Assembly (NCBI GenBank): GCA_030141605.1
Contig: JAQGDQ010000016.1
Coordinates: forward strand, 1,180,282-1,244,281
Source: Tubiluchus corallicola
Taxonomy: Eukaryota > Animalia > Priapulida
Direction of reading: 5' to 3'
Length of the DNA stretch: 64,000 bases
The notes under the pieces are model-generated. The model was not told the DNA's origin and ran no database searches. It saw only the letters and a list, made by a program, of their open reading frames with translations. Each line of letters starts with the position of its first letter. The stretch's first letter is position 1. Made by a program: the position numbers and the translations under genes. Shown piece by piece: positions 59,151-64,000 of this stretch.

Positions 59151-60061
59151 TTCTGCGTCATAGTGTCTTTGCCTAACCACGTGTCGGCTGAAATTCGTTT
59201 GTTCTTGTCCTGACTGACCGCTCAATGTTTACTTTACTCCCACAGTAACTTTTAGTACCCAAATCAAATGTCAAATTCACGAACTGGAACAATTATCTCG
59301 ATGGGCTTCTTAAAAAAACAATTTCTATAACAGCTAGGACAGGGATCAATTGAGAAGTTAATGTGTGCTTAGCGACCGAAATTAAATAACGCCGAGCCAG
59401 GGCAGGAAATGGAGGAGCGACCGCCAAAACTTTTTCTTTTACGTTTTATCTGCCATGCTACTCGTTGAGTGACAATATATATCTAGCCGAAGTTCCGAAT
59501 TTGTGTAAGACACTACCATCTGAAAGTCCAGCGAGGATTGTCCGCACTAAAGAGATGTCCCCAACAATCGACATAATAGGTGAGTTCTGCAGTTGATCGC
59601 TGGATTCATTCATGCTGGATATCACCTAGCAGTAACTGAACTTCATAAAAAGAGGGTTAATTAATACTAACGGAAGTAAACTGAAAAATCATACAAAAGC
59701 GGCCATATCAATTACCCCATTACTGAAACACATTTCAGCAAAGCGCTACTTTATTGGCATTGTGATCGGTTTCAGTGAAAGTGTTTCGGCATCAAACACA
59801 GTGCAATGCGTTGACCTTGTTTACTCGGACAAATGTAATCAGTAAATGGAGTGTAAATTATTCTGCAGTATGTGGCGTTATATAGTCAACCGCCATAAAG
59901 TTAATGCACTGCATATAAAGAAGCCAAGCAAACTGTATTGGAATGATACTGATACATAGTAAAAGCATGTTGTTCTAATCGTATGCAAACAGGGCATTAC
60001 GATTTTCGTGACACCGTTTACTTCGAAACGAAACGCGACTACGAAACGATTTCCGAACGTC

Positions 60062-60281
60062 TTTTCGTTCCCATCTCTTCAGTGAATCTAAGGAAACATT
60101 CTAAGAGATAAAACGATATAAAATTAATGGCTGCTTATGCAGAATACATTGCCTTACCCATTTTTTCTAGATAATGAATGACAACTGGTGCTTGACACTT
60201 CAGCAATTCAACAATTCATTAATTTTATGTCGGTTGTTCCTTTCAATTTATTCCTGGATTCACTGAAAAAAGGGAACGAAA
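60062..60281. mobile_element. MITE-like element with ~30-bp imperfect inverted repeats
   Basis: ttttcgttcccatctcttcagtgaatc versus gattcactgaaaaagggaacgaaaa. Confidence 0.55.
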
Positions 60282-62438
60282 ACGGGATCTTCTGAAATGC
60301 AATAAGCTGTACAAAGAAAGTTATGATGCTCTGGTTGTATTGGATGAAAATATTGTTCAAATCGGGCAAACAAAGAAACAATTTATGTGTTACCTACAGT
60401 TTGTTGTAGATAACTCTTGTACTATTGTATTTTACATAGCACGAGGCCTCGTGACATGCGTAGCAGATATCTAACTACTTTGTCCATCCCCGTAGATCAG
60501 TGTTTTTTGCCCCATACATCTTTTTCACCATATGTTCTGTTATCATTCCTACTAGGTCTTTCCAAAATGGTCTAATTTCTTAGCGTATTACCCCCTGGAA
60601 ACATTTTAATAATATGTCAGGATGTTGCACCTTTTACACCTTTTTAAGCTTACCTGATTCTGCACGTTGCAGATTTACTTGATTGGTTTTTATAACAGAT
60701 TTTTACAAATACAGCAGTAATAGAAAAACTGAAATGAAGTCGTGTAAATTAACGCTTGAAATTCAACAGTACGCTGTCCTGTAGCACAATTTGTAAAATT
60801 CTAGTTTGCTGATCAATATTCAAAACTCCCACCTGTTGAGAACCACTCCTGCAGATACAGAGTTGTGGATCATGCACATGCGCATGCGCCTGCAATAAGT
60901 CAATGGTACCCTCCTGAATTGTTCAAATAAACCAGAAGTCGGTGGATATAGAGGCCAAAGAGAAGGGCATAACAGCCTCGTTGGCTATTCCGAATTATAA
61001 GTCTTCACGCGTGGTGCTTTCAACTTGCAAACTTCTCCGTTTGGTCCGTTAAATACCCCCCCCCTTTATATCTTAATACATTTCTTGTAATAGCGAGGTT
61101 ATTAGCCCGTAGTAGGCCCAGTTGGGAACTGCAAGACTAATCAACTCTTTGGATAAGAAATTGCCAGTATTTACCCTTCAATAGTAACTCCTACCATCTA
61201 CCATTAATCAATTTCTCATTGATTAAAATGTTTCCCACATAAGAAAGTAAGCGCCATGAGACTAATCAAAATGACCTGAACTGAAAGTACACTTTCACGT
61301 TCACCCGGCACTAGACTATCTAGATACCAGACCACCATTGACCACTGAACAGCCTCCAGGTTCATCAACGTCTACTAAAAGTTGGATATTAATGATGAAG
61401 CCAAATAGCCTTGCATTTCGATGTAAAAAAGTCAAATGTAAATTTTGCTGCACGTTGTGATATTTCAGGAAAGTTCGCTTAAGCTTTAATTAAGGTAATG
61501 TTTAAGTAAATCTGAGCATTTCTTCAAACTGCAATTAAGATTGCGCCAACATGACATTCAGTTAACCGCCTTAACTGGTAAAATCCTAACTAAAGCAAGA
61601 GATTACTATAATTAAGATTTCCAATTGGAAAATGGTTTATAAAAGGAAATAAGACTTAATTTACCGTCAGACAAATTCTATGCAGGAAAATCTTCAGTGA
61701 CTTACTAGACTAGAAGAAAATGTGCTTCTGTAAAGTTCTATGGGAGACATTTATGACATCTATTTCAGGGTTGTTAGATCTAAAAATCCATTTCTATTAG
61801 CTTCCTTTAAAAATGCCAGTCTTTTTGGGTCTAGTGGAACTTTTTCAGATTCCGCAAAATCGAATTGATAAAAATAATGTTTTTATAATAATTATTAAGG
61901 CAAATCAGTTAATGTTTGTGTGGCGGTTATTGCGTGAAGTGAAAGTAACAGAAATGGATCCTCCCAGTCATAGTCCTAACTACTCTGGAATGGATGTTAT
62001 AATCGTTTCTCGATGTTAATTTTCTGTGAATTTCATTTAGCTTATATGTTTGTGCAAAAAACTTAATGGCCATTTTGTTTTTTCTTTGCAACCGAAAGGC
62101 CTGTGGTTCGAATCCAGACTGCATCCGACTTTTTCACATTTGCTGTCGGATAGATTGGTTTGAAAAATTCAATAATTATTTGTTTATTCATCAATAATCT
62201 GTTAGCATTAAGCGACCTCGGAATTCTGCTCCTATCGAACCTAAGTAGATATGGACGTAAAGATAAACGTGTGGGCGGAACATAATTTCGACAGGCAGAC
62301 AGACAAGCGGGCAGGCAAACAGATAAATAAATAGATAGCCTAACAGACGAAGTAGTTAAAACGAATTAGTTACATGTAATTAAGTAATTAGTAACGAGGT
62401 CTATATGATCATTGCAACCTGCATCTTTATGATTTATA

Positions 62439-62846
62439 TTTAGTAATCGAATGTGGAAACTTTTCCAAGTCTATAATTCTGAATGCTGCAAGAAGAAATT
62501 ATTGAAGTCTCGTAATCTAATCTATCTCTACACTTTAACAAGTTTAAAAATTACGACGAAAGAGTTAAGATCGGTTTAGTAATCGAATGTGGAAATTTTT
62601 CCAAGTCTATAATTCTGAATGCTGTAAGAAGAAATTATTGAAGTCTCGTAACCTAATCTATCTCTACACTTTAACAAGTTTAAAAATTACGACGAAAGAG
62701 TTAAGATCGGTTTAGTAATCGAATGTGGAAACTTTTCCAAGTCTATAATTCTGAATGCTGTAAGAAGAAATTATTGAAGTCTCGTAACCTAATCTATCTC
62801 TACACTTTAACAAGTTTAAAAATTACTACGAAAGAGTTAAGATCGG
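62439..62846. repeat. 136-bp tandem repeat x3, nearly identical
   Basis: tagtaatcgaatgtggaaa starts at 62441, 62577 and 62713. Confidence 0.95.
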
Positions 62847-64000
62847 TACCAATGCGCAAGCTAATAATTCGTAAGCAAACTGTTAATGCGTCGACTTCAT
62901 GAATTCTTAACTTATTTCATGTTTTCCCTATAATCATCGTCATTTACGTCCAGCTTATATACAAATTTAATGTACATTTATTCTCTTGGGAAATTTGGGT
63001 TACTTGCACCTATAATACCCGATAACATTTGGGTTCTTCACAGCTATCATTACAGAGTCTTCGTAAATACTGTATGAAAAATTAACGAAGATTACGCTGT
63101 CTCTATTTCGTGTAATTATTTCGTTAAACACCTCTAAGGCTATAACGCCGCATAAGAATATTAAGTGACATCTTCAGTCATTTCTAAATTACCAAAACTT
63201 TAGCAGTAAATTAGAATAGAGTCGGAATTTGTTTAAAATTAACATAAATTGCATTTACTTGAATTTAATTACGTTATATTTCATTCCGTTCGTTACGTTA
63301 CGTTCCGTGTTGTCATATCACGTACACACGCTACATTATGTAGCATTACCGGTACAGCAAAGCATTTTTTTAGAATTTTGACGGCAAACTTGCCTACTGC
63401 TGACTGTGCACGTTTGTGTGTAACTGCACAGATCTAAATCTCATCAGAGCTTTGAGCTAACTGCATGTGCAAGAACAACATGATGCAGCAACATAACATT
63501 AAATTCTGTTCTATTCGTCACTTTCGTTGTGTACAATATGATACAATCTCTATTAATAATAACTGTGCGATAATTACTTTTTCGCGTGATAAATGAATTT
63601 TTTGTTGGACGTGCTGAATCTCTCGTCTAAGAATTCCTCTTTATTTTGTTTCGTTGTTTCCATGGTGTGTCCACACTATTCAGGGTACAGGGCGTAATCT
63701 CTTCTGCGAGATATGATCGTCTCCAAAGCGCATCCGTCTTCTAAGCGTTCTGATGGATAACATTTTTTACTTTCTTTTACTCTTTCTCGTGTAGTTTTGT
63801 TTCCATTCCTCTTCTTTTTGTTGAGTCCATAGCCACAATGTACATTTGTTCAAATAACCCATTAGCACTTTTGCATCATTTGACTAAATAATTTCTTGTA
63901 GTGGCATAGTTCACTTTGTCGTAACATATTCAAGCATATTCTCAGTAGTATCATCTTCATTTTTATACACTGGACTCTCGTCTTCTTTGAACTGACTGTT

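Noticed and set aside
63640-64000. Coding-like minus-strand stretch at the window end
   Set aside because: Multiple stops and no motif I can identify; possibly a decayed transposase.

Overview
AT-rich, repeat-dense animal (probably protostome invertebrate) genomic DNA, not prokaryotic. The only well-supported host gene is a minus-strand class A GPCR of the SIFamide/neuropeptide FF receptor family, and its layout is unusual. A single coding exon for the N-terminus and TM1-TM2 (33437-33707) is followed, after a ~25 kb intron, by two complete, intact and strongly diverged TM3 + TM4-TM7 exon pairs in tandem: cassette A (8014-8113 + 6984-7719) and cassette B (3043-3142 + 1249-1948). Both cassettes are in phase with the one first exon, and I see no second TM1-TM2 exon in the window. 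This suggests one locus making two (possibly three) receptors by swapping five of seven helices: 368 aa with DRY/NPxxY and 356 aa with ERY/DPxxY. The rest of the window is intronic or upstream sequence containing LINE fragments (RLE/R2-like, CR1/L2-like, RTE), hAT, Harbinger and TTAA-flanked (Kolobok-like) DNA-transposon relics and MITEs, tRNA-derived SINE heads, a full-length 5S rRNA-headed SINE-like element (51982-52552), minisatellites and many long microsatellites. Most long ORFs in the track are translations of microsatellites.
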